Made by a program: the position numbers and the translations under genes. The notes beneath the pieces were generated by a model. That model saw nothing but the letters and a program-made list of their open reading frames with translations, did not search any database and was not told the origin of the DNA. Positions 22,201-32,897 of a DNA stretch of 64,000 nucleotides are shown piece after piece (within the stretch, counting starts at the first letter, position 1; each line of letters opens with the position of its first letter). The DNA is taken from the NCBI GenBank assembly GCA_963666365.2, contig CAXXNF010000001.1, positions 128,001 to 192,000 of the forward strand, given 5' to 3'. The stretch is from Syntrophales bacterium (GTDB lineage Bacteria > Desulfobacterota > Syntrophia > Syntrophales > UBA2210).

Positions 22201-22716
22201 TTATTGACCATATACTTCAGTTGCCACCACACGAATGATCTCTCCGTAATAGATTCGGTGATGGTCTTTTTGGGGATAGTGTTCGTCAATAGCCCGGTCA
22301 AGGAAATTTTCCGGGTTCATATCCTGCCAGTATGTTTTACGACATTCCATAATCAGCTCGGCTTCTTCAAAGGCAGGGGCCTCCACCATCTTCGACGGGA
22401 CAACAGAAAGCCCCGACTCGGCAATCTTGTCGCAATCCCTTCCCGATTTCGTCCCCAGCACCACAAGTGCCTTTTTATATTCCTCAGGGAACAAAGAAAG
22501 GGTAAACGTCCGGTATTTCTCCATATACTGGAAGGTGTATCTGCCCGGCCTTACCACCACCTGCACAAAAGGTTTCCCCCACATCCCCCCGATACTTCCC
22601 CATCCCACCGTCATGGCATTGAAGTCATCGATCGTTCCCGCCGCAAGCACCATCCACTGTTTCAGCCATAGAGCGGACACGTTGGCCTTCAGCTTCATGA
22701 TATCGAGATCCTGCAT
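22201..22716 (-). CDS. Flavin reductase-like (flavoredoxin family) protein
   Basis: NAMTVGWG, VRPGRYT, GTKSGRDCDK, HRIYYGEI. Confidence 0.9.
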   Translation of the reverse strand: MQDLDIMKLKANVSALWLKQWMVLAAGTIDDFNAMTVGWGSIGGMWGKPFVQVVVRPGRYTFQYMEKYRTFTLSLFPEEYKKALVVLGTKSGRDCDKIAESGLSVVPSKMVEAPAFEEAELIMECRKTYWQDMNPENFLDRAIDEHYPQKDHHRIYYGEIIRVVATEVYGQ

Positions 22717-22764
22717 ATCTTCCTTTTCTTTATAAAAATGCCTGTTTCTGCACAGGGAATCCTC

Positions 22765-25179
22765 TCAATTCCCCGGTCTTCGGTCCTCAGTCCGCACATC
22801 GGGCCAACGGTATGTACCCCCTGCGAATTCCACAGTCAGAATCTTCGCAGGATCATCCGTTTCCTCGATGTTGGGAAAATCCCGCGTCCCATAGCCCGGG
22901 GGCGCGTAAAAGGTAAATTCCATGGGACTCATGCGGCCTTCCCGTACGGCTTCCACATATTTCTGCGGCGCCCCGGGATCGGGCATGCCATGTACGTCTC
23001 CCAGGAATCTGCTCCCGTTCTGATGATAATCGGCAAATGCGCAGGCACTGCCGTAGAGGCTCGAAATGCCGATGCGTGCCGGGTATTTCCATCCGTAGAG
23101 AATCTGCGTAATATAGCGGTTATGGGCCAGTGAATAGCTGGGCCACTTCCCCTTCCCCCATATGAGTCCGGGGACAAAGGGATCTTCTTCCTCCTTGGGC
23201 GATTGAGACATGAGTTGTGCCACCACGCCCACCAGGCCGAAAACCTGCCCCAGGCTGAAGTCGTGCCCCTGGGCGTTCCATCGGGGATTGGAACATCGTA
23301 CGGTGGTCGCGAGCATTGCATAGAACGCCCGGAAACGTTCCGATTGATCCTCTTCTCCCTTGAGGCTCATATACAGACCCGCCAGGATATTGTTGGGTTC
23401 ATACAACCCCTTTTTCCCGTATTCTTCATAGGTGACGGCACCGTCACCCGTCTCGTCGAACGTTTCCAGAAAGGTACTTTTCAGGGAAGATCCCTCTACG
23501 GCATCGACGGCATCGAGCCAGCCGAAAAATGTCTTTTGAAGGTCCCAGGGCATTTTATAGGTATCGGAGTAAAGGGCGCCTGTGACGATTTCTCTGAATT
23601 CATCCCCTTCGATACGGCCCAACCGACCCTGGTATGAGGCGAGGGGGATTCCGGCAATACCGTCATGGCCGAGCACGTAATAGGCACGGTTCCCCAGTCC
23701 CCGCGCTTCCGCCCGCTTGAAGCAGACATCCCTGCTGATGGGTGAGTCGTACCCACTTTCGGTGACTATGGCCCTTCCGTCATAGCGGGGCGCCGGCACC
23801 GCCTGCGGGAAAAGGCCGCCCATTCCGTCATCGAGCCCTGTCCCGTAAGATTCTTCAAGGCCCACATTAGAGAACATATAGCGGGCGCAGAAAAGGTCCG
23901 TCGCCACCGGATCGATACCAGCCACAACAAGACCGTCCGGCACCTTGATACCCAGGCCGAATCCCTGATGGTCCCGGTTGATCCCTTCGATGGCGTCGAC
24001 GATATGCATCATGAACACATCCTGAGCCGCCACGGCGGCAACGATATCGAGCATGGTGCCCGTCAGGCCCCCCGTCTTTTTTACCGCATAGGTTCCATCG
24101 GGATTTCTCAGAGGCAGGCAGGTCTCGGGGTCCATCTCGGGAATCCATACCTGGTGAGGAATAGCGCCTTTCATCCCCGGAATTTTTCGATGCGGGGTGG
24201 CATATTCCCAGGCACACCCCTCAGATCGCGACGCCTGCATGGGATACAGACCGATGCCGAGATTCTTGATCACATTGGTAAAGAGGGCCTGCGCATGCAC
24301 CTTGAGCCGGGGGAGATTGACAAGAATGCAGCCCGGATACAGCGCACAATCACCCTTGTCGGCAGGATCGCCGCCGATAATGACCTTGTGCAGGATGAGG
24401 GAATTGAAATTTTCCCCCGCGGGAACGGGAATCTCTCTCCCCTTTGCGGGATTATCGCAGATGCGGTTCAGGTCATAGACCATGAGCTTGTCATAAACGC
24501 CCCCCGGCGGGATATAGTCGCCCGCTACGCTTTCTTCAAACCCACGCATGGGATCATCCCCCAGCGTGGGTTCGGAATTTTCCGCCAGATATCGGCGGAC
24601 GAAATAGAATCCCCAGCCGCCGTAAAAATCTTCGGAACGACCCTCAATGACCGACTCCGTGGTTACCGGCCTTCCCGACTTCTTTATATGCCGATACTGG
24701 GCCGCCACCGCCGTAAGCGCTGTCGCCGCTTCACCGACGCACATGTGGTAGTAGCTGATACCCGCCCTGTCGTGAAACCATCTCATTACGGCCGCCACAA
24801 AGGGCCATTCCGTATTGCCGGTGCTCCCCGGGGTGGGACCGAATGTGTAGGGATCGATGTTCTCCGATGAAACCAGATTGGGCTTGAAGAGGATCTTTTT
24901 CCCTTCTTTCAGCCGCTTCCACAGCACTGTTTTCAAGTCGGTTTCCTTCTCAAACGCCGAAAGGACCGCATCGAGATTATTATAGGTATAATCAATCTTC
25001 GCCTTGATTTCATTCCAGGCCGACTCATCGTTGTCGCGAATGAACTTCTGAAGCAGGTGGTCGACACCCTTGTACGATTTGTTCACATCCATCCTGGCCA
25101 CGGCCACCGGCGTTCCTTCGCCATCGAGCATGCCGTCGCCGAGAGCGGTACGTATTTTCTGTCCCTTCATTGCACTCAT
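22765..25179 (-). CDS. Large DUF362-domain protein
   Basis: KPNLV, LPRLKVH, KNLGIG, IVDAIEG, DPVATD motifs spread over 804 aa. Confidence 0.75.
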   Translation of the reverse strand: MSAMKGQKIRTALGDGMLDGEGTPVAVARMDVNKSYKGVDHLLQKFIRDNDESAWNEIKAKIDYTYNNLDAVLSAFEKETDLKTVLWKRLKEGKKILFKPNLVSSENIDPYTFGPTPGSTGNTEWPFVAAVMRWFHDRAGISYYHMCVGEAATALTAVAAQYRHIKKSGRPVTTESVIEGRSEDFYGGWGFYFVRRYLAENSEPTLGDDPMRGFEESVAGDYIPPGGVYDKLMVYDLNRICDNPAKGREIPVPAGENFNSLILHKVIIGGDPADKGDCALYPGCILVNLPRLKVHAQALFTNVIKNLGIGLYPMQASRSEGCAWEYATPHRKIPGMKGAIPHQVWIPEMDPETCLPLRNPDGTYAVKKTGGLTGTMLDIVAAVAAQDVFMMHIVDAIEGINRDHQGFGLGIKVPDGLVVAGIDPVATDLFCARYMFSNVGLEESYGTGLDDGMGGLFPQAVPAPRYDGRAIVTESGYDSPISRDVCFKRAEARGLGNRAYYVLGHDGIAGIPLASYQGRLGRIEGDEFREIVTGALYSDTYKMPWDLQKTFFGWLDAVDAVEGSSLKSTFLETFDETGDGAVTYEEYGKKGLYEPNNILAGLYMSLKGEEDQSERFRAFYAMLATTVRCSNPRWNAQGHDFSLGQVFGLVGVVAQLMSQSPKEEEDPFVPGLIWGKGKWPSYSLAHNRYITQILYGWKYPARIGISSLYGSACAFADYHQNGSRFLGDVHGMPDPGAPQKYVEAVREGRMSPMEFTFYAPPGYGTRDFPNIEETDDPAKILTVEFAGGTYRWPDVRTEDRRPGN

Positions 25180-25199
25180 ACCTTTCTAAATTATCAAAT

Positions 25200-25967
25200 T
25201 TATACCTTTATTCCGAATAGTTCCCTGGCATTCTGCGCCGTTGTGCTCGCCACCGCATCATAGAGTGTTCCCCGTATCTCGGCCACTCTGCGGGCAGTGT
25301 GAAAGACGAAGGCGGGCTCGTTTCGCTTGCCCCGTTTCGGTTCGGGTGCAAGAAACGGTGCATCGGTCTCCACCAGCAGCCGTTCCAGGGGAATATTTCG
25401 CACCACGTTGCGAAGCACATCAGATTTCTTATAGGTAATTGTTCCGGGAATCGAAATATAATACCCCAGATCGATACATTGACGGGCCATTTCGTAATCC
25501 CCCGAGAAACAATGGACTACCCCGTGCAACTTGCCCTTATGTATCTTGAGCATCTCCAGTGTTTCATTGTGGGCGTCACGGTCATGGATAATGACGGGAA
25601 GACCCAGTTCCACACTTAGATCAAGCTGTTCGCCGAATCTCTTTATTTGTACCTCCCGCGGGGAGCGATTTCTGAAAAAATCGAGGCCGATCTCTCCGTA
25701 GGCCACCACCTTGTCTTCACCGGCAAGCGTACGGAGTTCCTCATAGGTCTCCTGAGTCACGGCGGCAGCATCATGGGGATGCACCCCCACAGTGGCATAC
25801 ACCATGGGGTAGCGCCTGGCCAGTGCAACGGCCTTTTTACTGTCGGCAAGATCGATACCGACAACAACGATTGCGCCTACTCCTGCCTCCTTGGCCCGTT
25901 CGATCACCTCATCCCGATCCTTGTCGAATTCCTCCAGCTCGAGATGGGCATGTGAATCAATCAGCAT
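25200..25967 (-). CDS. tatD: TatD-family DNase
   Basis: IDSHAHL, GVHPH, GEIGLD, HCFSG, ETDAPFL. Confidence 0.96.
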   Translation of the reverse strand: MLIDSHAHLELEEFDKDRDEVIERAKEAGVGAIVVVGIDLADSKKAVALARRYPMVYATVGVHPHDAAAVTQETYEELRTLAGEDKVVAYGEIGLDFFRNRSPREVQIKRFGEQLDLSVELGLPVIIHDRDAHNETLEMLKIHKGKLHGVVHCFSGDYEMARQCIDLGYYISIPGTITYKKSDVLRNVVRNIPLERLLVETDAPFLAPEPKRGKRNEPAFVFHTARRVAEIRGTLYDAVASTTAQNARELFGIKV

Positions 25968-26103
25968 ATTCGCAATTACCTTACCTCTTTATTTTCTTCA
26001 GCAGCCCCCGCAGTTTCTCGACGGTAATTCAGCCTACCCGTTTGCCCCTCGAAACACAAGAGAAACCCTCGGAAGACGAACGCAGTAAAGAGCACGCCTT
26101 GGG

Positions 26104-26937
26104 TCAATCACGCAACCGGGGGTCGAGAGAGTCCCTGATTCCCTCGCCAAGGAGGTTGTAGCCCAGCACCGTAATCAGAATCGCCAGACCGGGATAGAGG
26201 GAAAGCCACCAGGCAATATCGATATTATCTTTTCCCGCCGTAAGGATATTTCCCCAGCTCGGCGTGGGCGGCTGCACGCCGATTCCAAGAAAAGAAAGGG
26301 CTGATTCTGTAAGAATGGCCCCCGCCACTCCCAGTGTCGCGGCCACCAGCATCGAGGCCATGGCATTGGGAAGTATGTGCCTGAAAATGATCCGCATATC
26401 GCTTGCCCCGACGGCACGGGCCGCCTGGACAAAATCGCGCTCCTTCAGAGATATAAAATCCGCGCGCACCAGACGGGTGATGCCCATCCATCCCGTAAGC
26501 CCGATCACGATCATTATATTCCAGATCGAGGGTTCCAAAATGGCAATAACCGCAAGAATAAGAAAAAAAGAGGGGAAGCAGAGCATAATATCGACAAAGC
26601 GCATGATCACCGAATCGGTCCATCGCCCGTAGTATCCCGCAATCGCTCCCAGCATCGCCCCGATGACGATGGCAATCCCCGTCGCGATAAATCCCACCTT
26701 GAGAGAGATCCGTGCTCCCCAGATCATGCGGCTCATCACATCCCGTCCCAGCTGATCCGTCCCGAAAGGGTGAAGCGTCGAAGGGGGTTCCAGCACATGG
26801 GCGAGATCGATAGCCTTCGGATCGAAGGGGGAAAGCCAGGGCGCCAGGAAGGATACCACAAAGAGACACACCACCACTACGCCTCCGGCAACGGCCATTT
26901 TGTTTTTGAAAAATCGACGCCGAAACTCACTTTTCAT
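26104..26937 (-). CDS. Oligopeptide/dipeptide ABC permease (OppC/DppC-like)
   Basis: HPFGTDQLGRD, EAA-like loop, ESALSFLG, LDPR terminus. Confidence 0.95.
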   Translation of the reverse strand: MKSEFRRRFFKNKMAVAGGVVVVCLFVVSFLAPWLSPFDPKAIDLAHVLEPPSTLHPFGTDQLGRDVMSRMIWGARISLKVGFIATGIAIVIGAMLGAIAGYYGRWTDSVIMRFVDIMLCFPSFFLILAVIAILEPSIWNIMIVIGLTGWMGITRLVRADFISLKERDFVQAARAVGASDMRIIFRHILPNAMASMLVAATLGVAGAILTESALSFLGIGVQPPTPSWGNILTAGKDNIDIAWWLSLYPGLAILITVLGYNLLGEGIRDSLDPRLRD

Positions 26938-27912
26938 CTACGACACCCTGATCCGCGGGTCGGCAACGGCATAGGACACATCGGCAATCAGGTTCCCTGC
27001 AAGCGTCAGAACCGCGCCGATGAAGAGAATCCCCATAACCACCGGATAATCCCTCGACATGACCGCCATATAGAAAAGCTGGCCCATGCCCGGAATGGCA
27101 AAAATAGTTTCGAAAATCACGCTGCCGCCGATGAGCCCCGGAATTGAAAGTCCCAGGATAGTAATGACCGGGAGCAATGCATTCCTGAGTGCGTGTTTGT
27201 AAATGACCACCCGCTCGCTCAAGCCCTTTGCTCTGGCCGTGGTGATGTAGTCCTGTCTGATCACTTCCAGCATATTTGCGCGCATATAGCGCGAAAGCCC
27301 GGCCAGGCCGCCGAAGGCCGAGAGCAGCACCGGCAGGATCAAGTGTGAGATCAGATCCCAAAAGGCCTGCCACGGAGGCAGGTATTCGTAATTGAGCGAC
27401 CGGATGCCTGAAATGGGCAGCCACCCCAGATCAACACCAAAAAGGATCATGAGAAGAAGTGCAAGCCAGAAGGTAGGCACCGCAAAGCCTATGAACACCA
27501 ACACCGCAGTAATCTTGTCGAAAAGTGAATCACGGTGCACCGCGGACAGCACCCCTATGGGAATGGCCACCAGGATGATCAGGATCATTGAAAGCACGTT
27601 GATGGCAATCGTAATGGGAAGCCTCTCGGCGATTTTGTCGATAACGGGCCGGTGATCAGTGGAAAATGATTCGCCGAGATCGAGTACAACAAGCTTTTTC
27701 AACCACAGAAAATACTGCACGTGGATCGGCTTGTCGAGATCATAGAGTGCGCGGAGACGTTCTTTTGCTTCTGCGGTGACCCGGGGATTGAGATCGGTCT
27801 GAAGATCGGTAGGGGACCCGGGGGCAAGGTGGATTACCACAAAGCAAATGATCGTAATCCCGAACAAAAGCGGGATCATCGTGAAAAGCCTTCGCACAAT
27901 ATACCGGATCAA
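26938..27912 (-). CDS. Oligopeptide/dipeptide ABC permease (OppB/DppB-like)
   Basis: [33 protein letters not shown]. Confidence 0.95.
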   Translation of the reverse strand: MIRYIVRRLFTMIPLLFGITIICFVVIHLAPGSPTDLQTDLNPRVTAEAKERLRALYDLDKPIHVQYFLWLKKLVVLDLGESFSTDHRPVIDKIAERLPITIAINVLSMILIILVAIPIGVLSAVHRDSLFDKITAVLVFIGFAVPTFWLALLLMILFGVDLGWLPISGIRSLNYEYLPPWQAFWDLISHLILPVLLSAFGGLAGLSRYMRANMLEVIRQDYITTARAKGLSERVVIYKHALRNALLPVITILGLSIPGLIGGSVIFETIFAIPGMGQLFYMAVMSRDYPVVMGILFIGAVLTLAGNLIADVSYAVADPRIRVS

Positions 27913-28027
27913 AGAAATCTCCCTTTTTTCATCTTCTGGTCACTATAGATAATATTTTTGCTTCCGAAAAGGTTTTTTTGCATGCACCGCTGGGTGTGTT
28001 TGATTGTGCAGGATTGAAATGTCGATT

Positions 28028-28936
28028 TTAATCCGGATGTCCCGATCTTCCCTCCAAAAGTCTGAGAGAAGCAACATTATGAAGGCTCTTCCAGAGATCC
28101 TCTTCCAGGTGGGGTTCCAGGGTTACGATAGGCCGCGTTCCCATGGCCTTGAGCTGCGCAAAAAAATCGGCAAAGGGAAACGTTCCTTCCCCCGGGGGCA
28201 GGTGCCCGTCGCCGGAACCGTCGTTATCATGAAGATGAAGCTGCCCGATGTAGGCGCCTATGCGATCCAGCCATCCGGAAAAGGAAATCTCCGAAAAGGC
28301 GTTGCAATGTCCTGTATCAAAACAGCACACCACCTGCGGATCATCTCTGAAGTGATCCATCAAACGCCCGAATGATTCAGGGGTATCCTCATAGGTGTTT
28401 TCAAGGGCTATCACTGTATCGACCCTGCGGGCCAGATCCGCCAGATATTCCCATGTCTCGATACTGTTTTCGAGCCATTCATCCTCATGGGACACATAAT
28501 AACGCCGGTCGAAGGCGGCATGACAGACCACCGATTTCGGACGGAACCAGGGAACCAGATCGAATACCGCCCGTAATCGGTCCATGGTAACCTGTCGAAT
28601 TCTCGGATCAAGGGCGCCCGGCCGCAGGTCATAAAAAGGTGCGTGAAAGGTAATCGAAAGCCCCGCCTCTGCGAGGATTTCGGCGGTTTTTCTGAAATCG
28701 TCCCCGTTGTAATGATCGAGGGAGAAACAGTCGAACCCGATTTCCGGATTAATCCTTTCCTTGAGAACCCAGGGAAGGTATTTTTCAACAAGGAACCGGT
28801 AGGGCATGTTGACCTGGACAAGGGGGAGTATCTCTTTGCCCCTTTTCTGGTAATCCGGCACCGCTCTTTCCTCCCGCATTGGAACCCTTTCACGCTGCAA
28901 TGTTCCTGCTTCCGCAGGTTCCACGCCATGTATCAC
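28028..28936 (-). CDS. Sugar phosphate isomerase/epimerase (AP endonuclease 2 TIM barrel); start uncertain
   Basis: HAPF, LEN, FDTGH, HLHDNDG, HLPPGEG metal-binding motifs. Confidence 0.88.
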   Translation of the reverse strand: MIHGVEPAEAGTLQRERVPMREERAVPDYQKRGKEILPLVQVNMPYRFLVEKYLPWVLKERINPEIGFDCFSLDHYNGDDFRKTAEILAEAGLSITFHAPFYDLRPGALDPRIRQVTMDRLRAVFDLVPWFRPKSVVCHAAFDRRYYVSHEDEWLENSIETWEYLADLARRVDTVIALENTYEDTPESFGRLMDHFRDDPQVVCCFDTGHCNAFSEISFSGWLDRIGAYIGQLHLHDNDGSGDGHLPPGEGTFPFADFFAQLKAMGTRPIVTLEPHLEEDLWKSLHNVASLRLLEGRSGHPD

Positions 28937-29141
28937 AATTTACGCCTTTTCACAACACCGTCTTCTTTGCAAAGAGCGCCCACATGTGTTCGCCGTCCTT
29001 TGCGCGCGCGGGCCGGAGTCGATGCAATACCGCAGAAAAGACGCCTCTTTTCTTAAAGTACCTTTACGAATAGACAGGCATTTTCTTCTTGACAATGAAA
29101 AAGGCTTCCTGTTAAGTAGAGCGTCTTTTAGAGGTGTACAG

Positions 29142-29217
29142 GGGCCGTTAGCTCAGTTGGTAGAGCAGCGGACTTTTAATCCGTTGGCCACCGGTTCAAG
29201 TCCGGTACGGCCCACCA
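29142..29217 (+). tRNA. tRNA-Lys(TTT)
   Basis: 76-nt cloverleaf GGGCCGTTAGCTCAG...CTTTTAA...GGTTCAAGTCC...CCCACCA; TTGACA at 29089. Confidence 0.98.
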
Positions 29218-29226
29218 AAAAGACAT

Positions 29227-29262
29227 GGGGGTTAGCAGCACTTGGTTAACCCCTTGTTTTTT
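29227..29262 (+). terminator. Rho-independent terminator after tRNA-Lys
   Basis: GGGGTTAGC...GGTTAACCCC hairpin followed by a T-run. Confidence 0.65.
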
Positions 29263-29323
29263 ACTGTCGCCCCGAACGGCCTTATGCATCAATAGGAAGG
29301 GTTGTAAGAAAGGATCGAAGACA

Positions 29324-29683
29324 ATGGGATCAAAGGACAGTGCGGTAAGAGAAATTCAGAAAACCGAATGGGAACAGAAGCTCGACGAGCGCATGGCACT
29401 GCTGAAAGAACAGGGGATCGACGGCAAAGCGATCGACAAGGACATGGCCGTCAAGATGTTGAAGGCGAAAATCAAAAGGACAAAGGCACGCCTTCGCGCA
29501 ATCGCGGCCCGGGAAAAACTTACTGAAGAAAAAGCCCGGATGAAAGCGGAAAAGCTGGCCGCTCCAAAGGCCGAAAAGGACAAAAAGAAAGCCTCTGCAA
29601 AAGACGAAGCGGAAGAAGAAAGCAAACGCCAGCAGAAGAAAAAACAGAAAAAAGAAAAGAAATCGACTGAAAAGGAATCGTAG
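29324..29683 (+). CDS. Lys/Glu-rich coiled-coil hypothetical protein
   Basis: 119-aa ORF with an upstream purine-rich RBS-like stretch; fills the gap between the tRNA and a convergent gene. Confidence 0.75.
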   Translation: MGSKDSAVREIQKTEWEQKLDERMALLKEQGIDGKAIDKDMAVKMLKAKIKRTKARLRAIAAREKLTEEKARMKAEKLAAPKAEKDKKKASAKDEAEEESKRQQKKKQKKEKKSTEKES

Positions 29684-29693
29684 CCGCTCCTTG

Positions 29694-30974
29694 TTATTCG
29701 TTCAGTCCTTTCACCAGATCGAACACCACCATGCTTCCCTTCTTGAGACTCTCGAGCGCGAGGCGTTCATCGTGTCCGTGCATAGTACGCAACACCTCGA
29801 TATCGCTCACGAAGGGCAGCAGACCATAGCTTGCGACCCCCCGCGATCTGAACCATCGTGAGTCGGTAAAACCCGTCGAAATCGTTGGCAGCACCGGCAC
29901 ACCGGGATAATGGCGGGCCAGAATATCTTCCATGAGGCGATACATGGGAGAGTCGGCTGATGATATCGACGAATCGTAGGCGGCACAAACCTCAAGCGAA
30001 ATGTCGTCATCATCGATGATCGCCCTCAGTTCATCCATAAACATCCCGGCGGAACGACCCGGTATAAGACGGCAGTCCAGGATCGCCTCCGCCGTTGAGG
30101 GAATCACGTTTTCTTTCCTGCCCGCATTCATGACGGTAAGACTGACGGTGTCACGAAACATGGCCCCGAAGTGTGGTATGGTCAAAAGATCGTGACGGGC
30201 CAGTTCACTTGCCTCAATCGACGGATCTATGCCGACCTTTTCCAGAAAGAGCCTCATCTCATCAATGATGCGAACGGGGAATTCATGATCCACGATACGG
30301 GCAAGGGCGCGCACCAGACGCACGGGAGCACTGTTGCGTATGGGAACGGACCCGTGCCCCGGGGCGCCTTCGGCGCTTATGCGCAGCCAGAGCGGCCCCT
30401 TTTCGCCGATGGCGAGATTGAACCCCGACATATTGCCCATGCGCCACCCGGCACCCCCTTCATTCAGCACATACTCGGCATCCAGATCAACTCCCGGCTG
30501 GGCGGTGAGCCACCCCGCGCCCCGGCTCCCCCCCGTTTCCTCGTCGGACACGGCCAGGAATACAAGATCGCGCTTCAAGGGGACTGAGAAGCGGTAAGCC
30601 AGCAGAAAGGCCATCAGCTCCATGATACCGAGCCCCTTCATGTCCAGGGCGCCACGCCCCCAGAGACAGCCGTCTTTTACCACGCCCTCAAAGGGATCGA
30701 CGGTCCACTTGTCGGGCTCCGCCATCACCACATCCATATGATGCAGAAGGATGAAGGGCCTTCTTGACCCATCCCCCTTAAGGCGGCAGATAATGTTGGG
30801 GCGCATCGGATCGTCGGCATATTCCTCCACCGACAGACCCTCAGCTTCGAGCGTACGCCTCAAAAAATCAGCGGCGGCCCGTTCCGCGCCGGGCGGATTC
30901 GTAGTGTCGATCCGTATGTAGTCCCTCAACAGATCAACAGCCTCCTCCAGCACCTGATCCCAGGAAATATTCAT
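29694..30974 (-). CDS. M20/M25/M40 metallopeptidase (ArgE/DapE/aminoacylase-like)
   Basis: HMDVV, GRGALDMKG, DEETGG, GHGS, HGHDER; GGAGG RBS before ATG 30974. Confidence 0.93.
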   Translation of the reverse strand: MNISWDQVLEEAVDLLRDYIRIDTTNPPGAERAAADFLRRTLEAEGLSVEEYADDPMRPNIICRLKGDGSRRPFILLHHMDVVMAEPDKWTVDPFEGVVKDGCLWGRGALDMKGLGIMELMAFLLAYRFSVPLKRDLVFLAVSDEETGGSRGAGWLTAQPGVDLDAEYVLNEGGAGWRMGNMSGFNLAIGEKGPLWLRISAEGAPGHGSVPIRNSAPVRLVRALARIVDHEFPVRIIDEMRLFLEKVGIDPSIEASELARHDLLTIPHFGAMFRDTVSLTVMNAGRKENVIPSTAEAILDCRLIPGRSAGMFMDELRAIIDDDDISLEVCAAYDSSISSADSPMYRLMEDILARHYPGVPVLPTISTGFTDSRWFRSRGVASYGLLPFVSDIEVLRTMHGHDERLALESLKKGSMVVFDLVKGLNE

Positions 30975-31008
30975 ATAGTACCCCTCCTCTCCAACCAACC
31001 AGCCCAGA

Positions 31009-31084
31009 GACCAAATGAACCAAACAAACCCAATAGACCAAACAGACCAAATGGACCAGAAAGACCAGACAGACCAGACAGACC
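31009..31084. repeat. Degenerate 9-bp tandem repeat (GACCARAYR-like, about 8 units)
   Basis: gaccaaatg aaccaaaca aacccaata gaccaaaca gaccaaatg gaccagaaa gaccagaca gaccagaca gacc. Confidence 0.9.
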
Positions 31085-31087
31085 CGT

Positions 31088-32767
31088 CTACGCCTCCACA
31101 ACCCCGCCCTTGTCCGCCGATTTCACCAGTCTTGCATAGGTATCAAGATATCCCCGGGGATGTGTGCGGGGAGGATGCACCAGCTTCTCCCGCCGGCGCG
31201 CCAGTTCCTCATCGGACACCTTCACTTCGAGGAGCCGCTTTTCGATATCGATCTCAATCATGTCGCCATCCTCGACAAGGGCGATCGTGCCGCCCTCAGC
31301 CGCCTCGGGCGACAGATAGCCGATGGAAGGACCCGCACTGTACCCGGAAAACCGGCCGTCGGTTACTATATAGTTGGTCTCGCCCATCCCCATCATTTCC
31401 AGTAATACGCGAAAGAGGGCCATCTCCCGCATTCCCGGACCACCCCTGGGCCCTTCATAGCGAATCACGATGACATCCCCCTTTGCGATTGTTCCATTTC
31501 CCAGCCCCTGGGCGGCCTCTTCTTCCGAATTAAAGACCCGCGCCTTTCCGACGCAGTGCCAGAAATCCCTGTCCACGGCCACCTGTTTAATCACGGCGCC
31601 CTGCTCGGCCAGGTTGCCCCTGAGCACAGCGATTCCCCCATAGGAAAAAACGGGATCTTCGATGGGCCGAATAACCTCGGGCGAAAAGACCACCGCTTTT
31701 TCGATATTCTCACCCATTGTTTTTCCCGTAACGGTTATAACGGACCGGTCGACCTTCTCCTCCAACGTCTTCATCACCGCCGGAATGCCGCCGGCATCAT
31801 CGAGATCGACGACGGAATAGGGACCCGCCGGCTCAATATTGGTGAGATAGGGCGTGGTTTTCGACAGACGGTCGAATTCATCATAGCCCAGGGTGATACC
31901 CAGTTCATGAGCCACGGCAGGCAGGTGCAACACTGTATTCAATGATCCTCCGATGGCAAGATCGACGGTCAATGCATTGGTAAGAGCCGCTTCACTCATA
32001 ATCATGGAAGGCGTGATTCCCCGCGCCAGCAGCTCCATTACCGCTTCTCCCGCTTCCTGGGCAAGCCGCTGTTTTTTTGACGACACCGCAGGCGCCGTGC
32101 TGTCGCCGGTGAGACTCATGCCCAGCGCCTCGCAGAGGCAGGCCATCGTATTGGCCGTGCCCATGCCCCAGCAGGCCCCCGCACAGGGATAGAAGGACGC
32201 AAGGCCTTCTTCCCGGATTTCTTCGGAAATATCCTGGATAAAGGTCTTTTTGAATGCACCGCCGGCACTGGAAACGGATACCTTGACCTTTTCCCGGGGC
32301 CAGAACCCGGGAGGCATGGGACCGCCGGTGACAATGACGGTCGGAATATCCACCCGGGCCGCCGCCATCAGAAAGGCCGGCAGAATCTTGTCACAGGACC
32401 CGACGAGCACTGCGGCATCGTAGGCATGGGCCCGAAGCCCCAGTTCAATTGAATCGGCGATGATCTGACGGCTGGGCAGAATGTATTTCATCCCCTCATG
32501 GCCGTTGGCAAGGCCATCACAGAGCGACAGCGTGAAGAACTCCGTAGGGGTGCCCCCTGCGCTGTTCACCCCCGCCTTCACCCGTGCCGCAAGGGTTTTC
32601 AGATGCATGTGCCCGGGATGCATCTCATTGTAGGTGTTGACGACGGCTACAAGCGGCTTTTTCATTTCCTTGTAGGTAAGGCCGCAGGCATAGAGCATGG
32701 AGCGGCGCACCATCGACATTGGATCATTTTCGGAATAGACTCGGCTGAATTTCTTTCCCTCCATCAT
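31088..32767 (-). CDS. ilvD: Dihydroxy-acid dehydratase (IlvD/Edd family)
   Basis: CDG, CDK, TANTM, GGSLNTVLHL, YEGPRGGPGMREM, TDGRFSG, SPEAA. Confidence 0.9.
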   Translation of the reverse strand: MMEGKKFSRVYSENDPMSMVRRSMLYACGLTYKEMKKPLVAVVNTYNEMHPGHMHLKTLAARVKAGVNSAGGTPTEFFTLSLCDGLANGHEGMKYILPSRQIIADSIELGLRAHAYDAAVLVGSCDKILPAFLMAAARVDIPTVIVTGGPMPPGFWPREKVKVSVSSAGGAFKKTFIQDISEEIREEGLASFYPCAGACWGMGTANTMACLCEALGMSLTGDSTAPAVSSKKQRLAQEAGEAVMELLARGITPSMIMSEAALTNALTVDLAIGGSLNTVLHLPAVAHELGITLGYDEFDRLSKTTPYLTNIEPAGPYSVVDLDDAGGIPAVMKTLEEKVDRSVITVTGKTMGENIEKAVVFSPEVIRPIEDPVFSYGGIAVLRGNLAEQGAVIKQVAVDRDFWHCVGKARVFNSEEEAAQGLGNGTIAKGDVIVIRYEGPRGGPGMREMALFRVLLEMMGMGETNYIVTDGRFSGYSAGPSIGYLSPEAAEGGTIALVEDGDMIEIDIEKRLLEVKVSDEELARRREKLVHPPRTHPRGYLDTYARLVKSADKGGVVEA

Positions 32768-32843
32768 ACTTCCTCCATCGTGAAATTTATCGGACTGAAT
32801 AGTAAAAAAATATAAGCAACCTCCTACCTATCCTACCCTTCCC

Positions 32844-32897
32844 TACTTTTCATACTTTTCATACTTTTCTTACTTTTCTTACTTTTCTTACTTTCCC
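32844..32897. repeat. 9-bp tandem repeat TACTTTTC(A/T) x6 overlapping the MFS stop codon
   Basis: Read directly from the sequence. Confidence 0.9.

Noticed and set aside
31009..31084. CRISPR array, or the ORF 31015..31473 built on the repeat
   Set aside because: The 9-bp units have no spacers and there are no cas genes; the ORF is antisense to ilvD.
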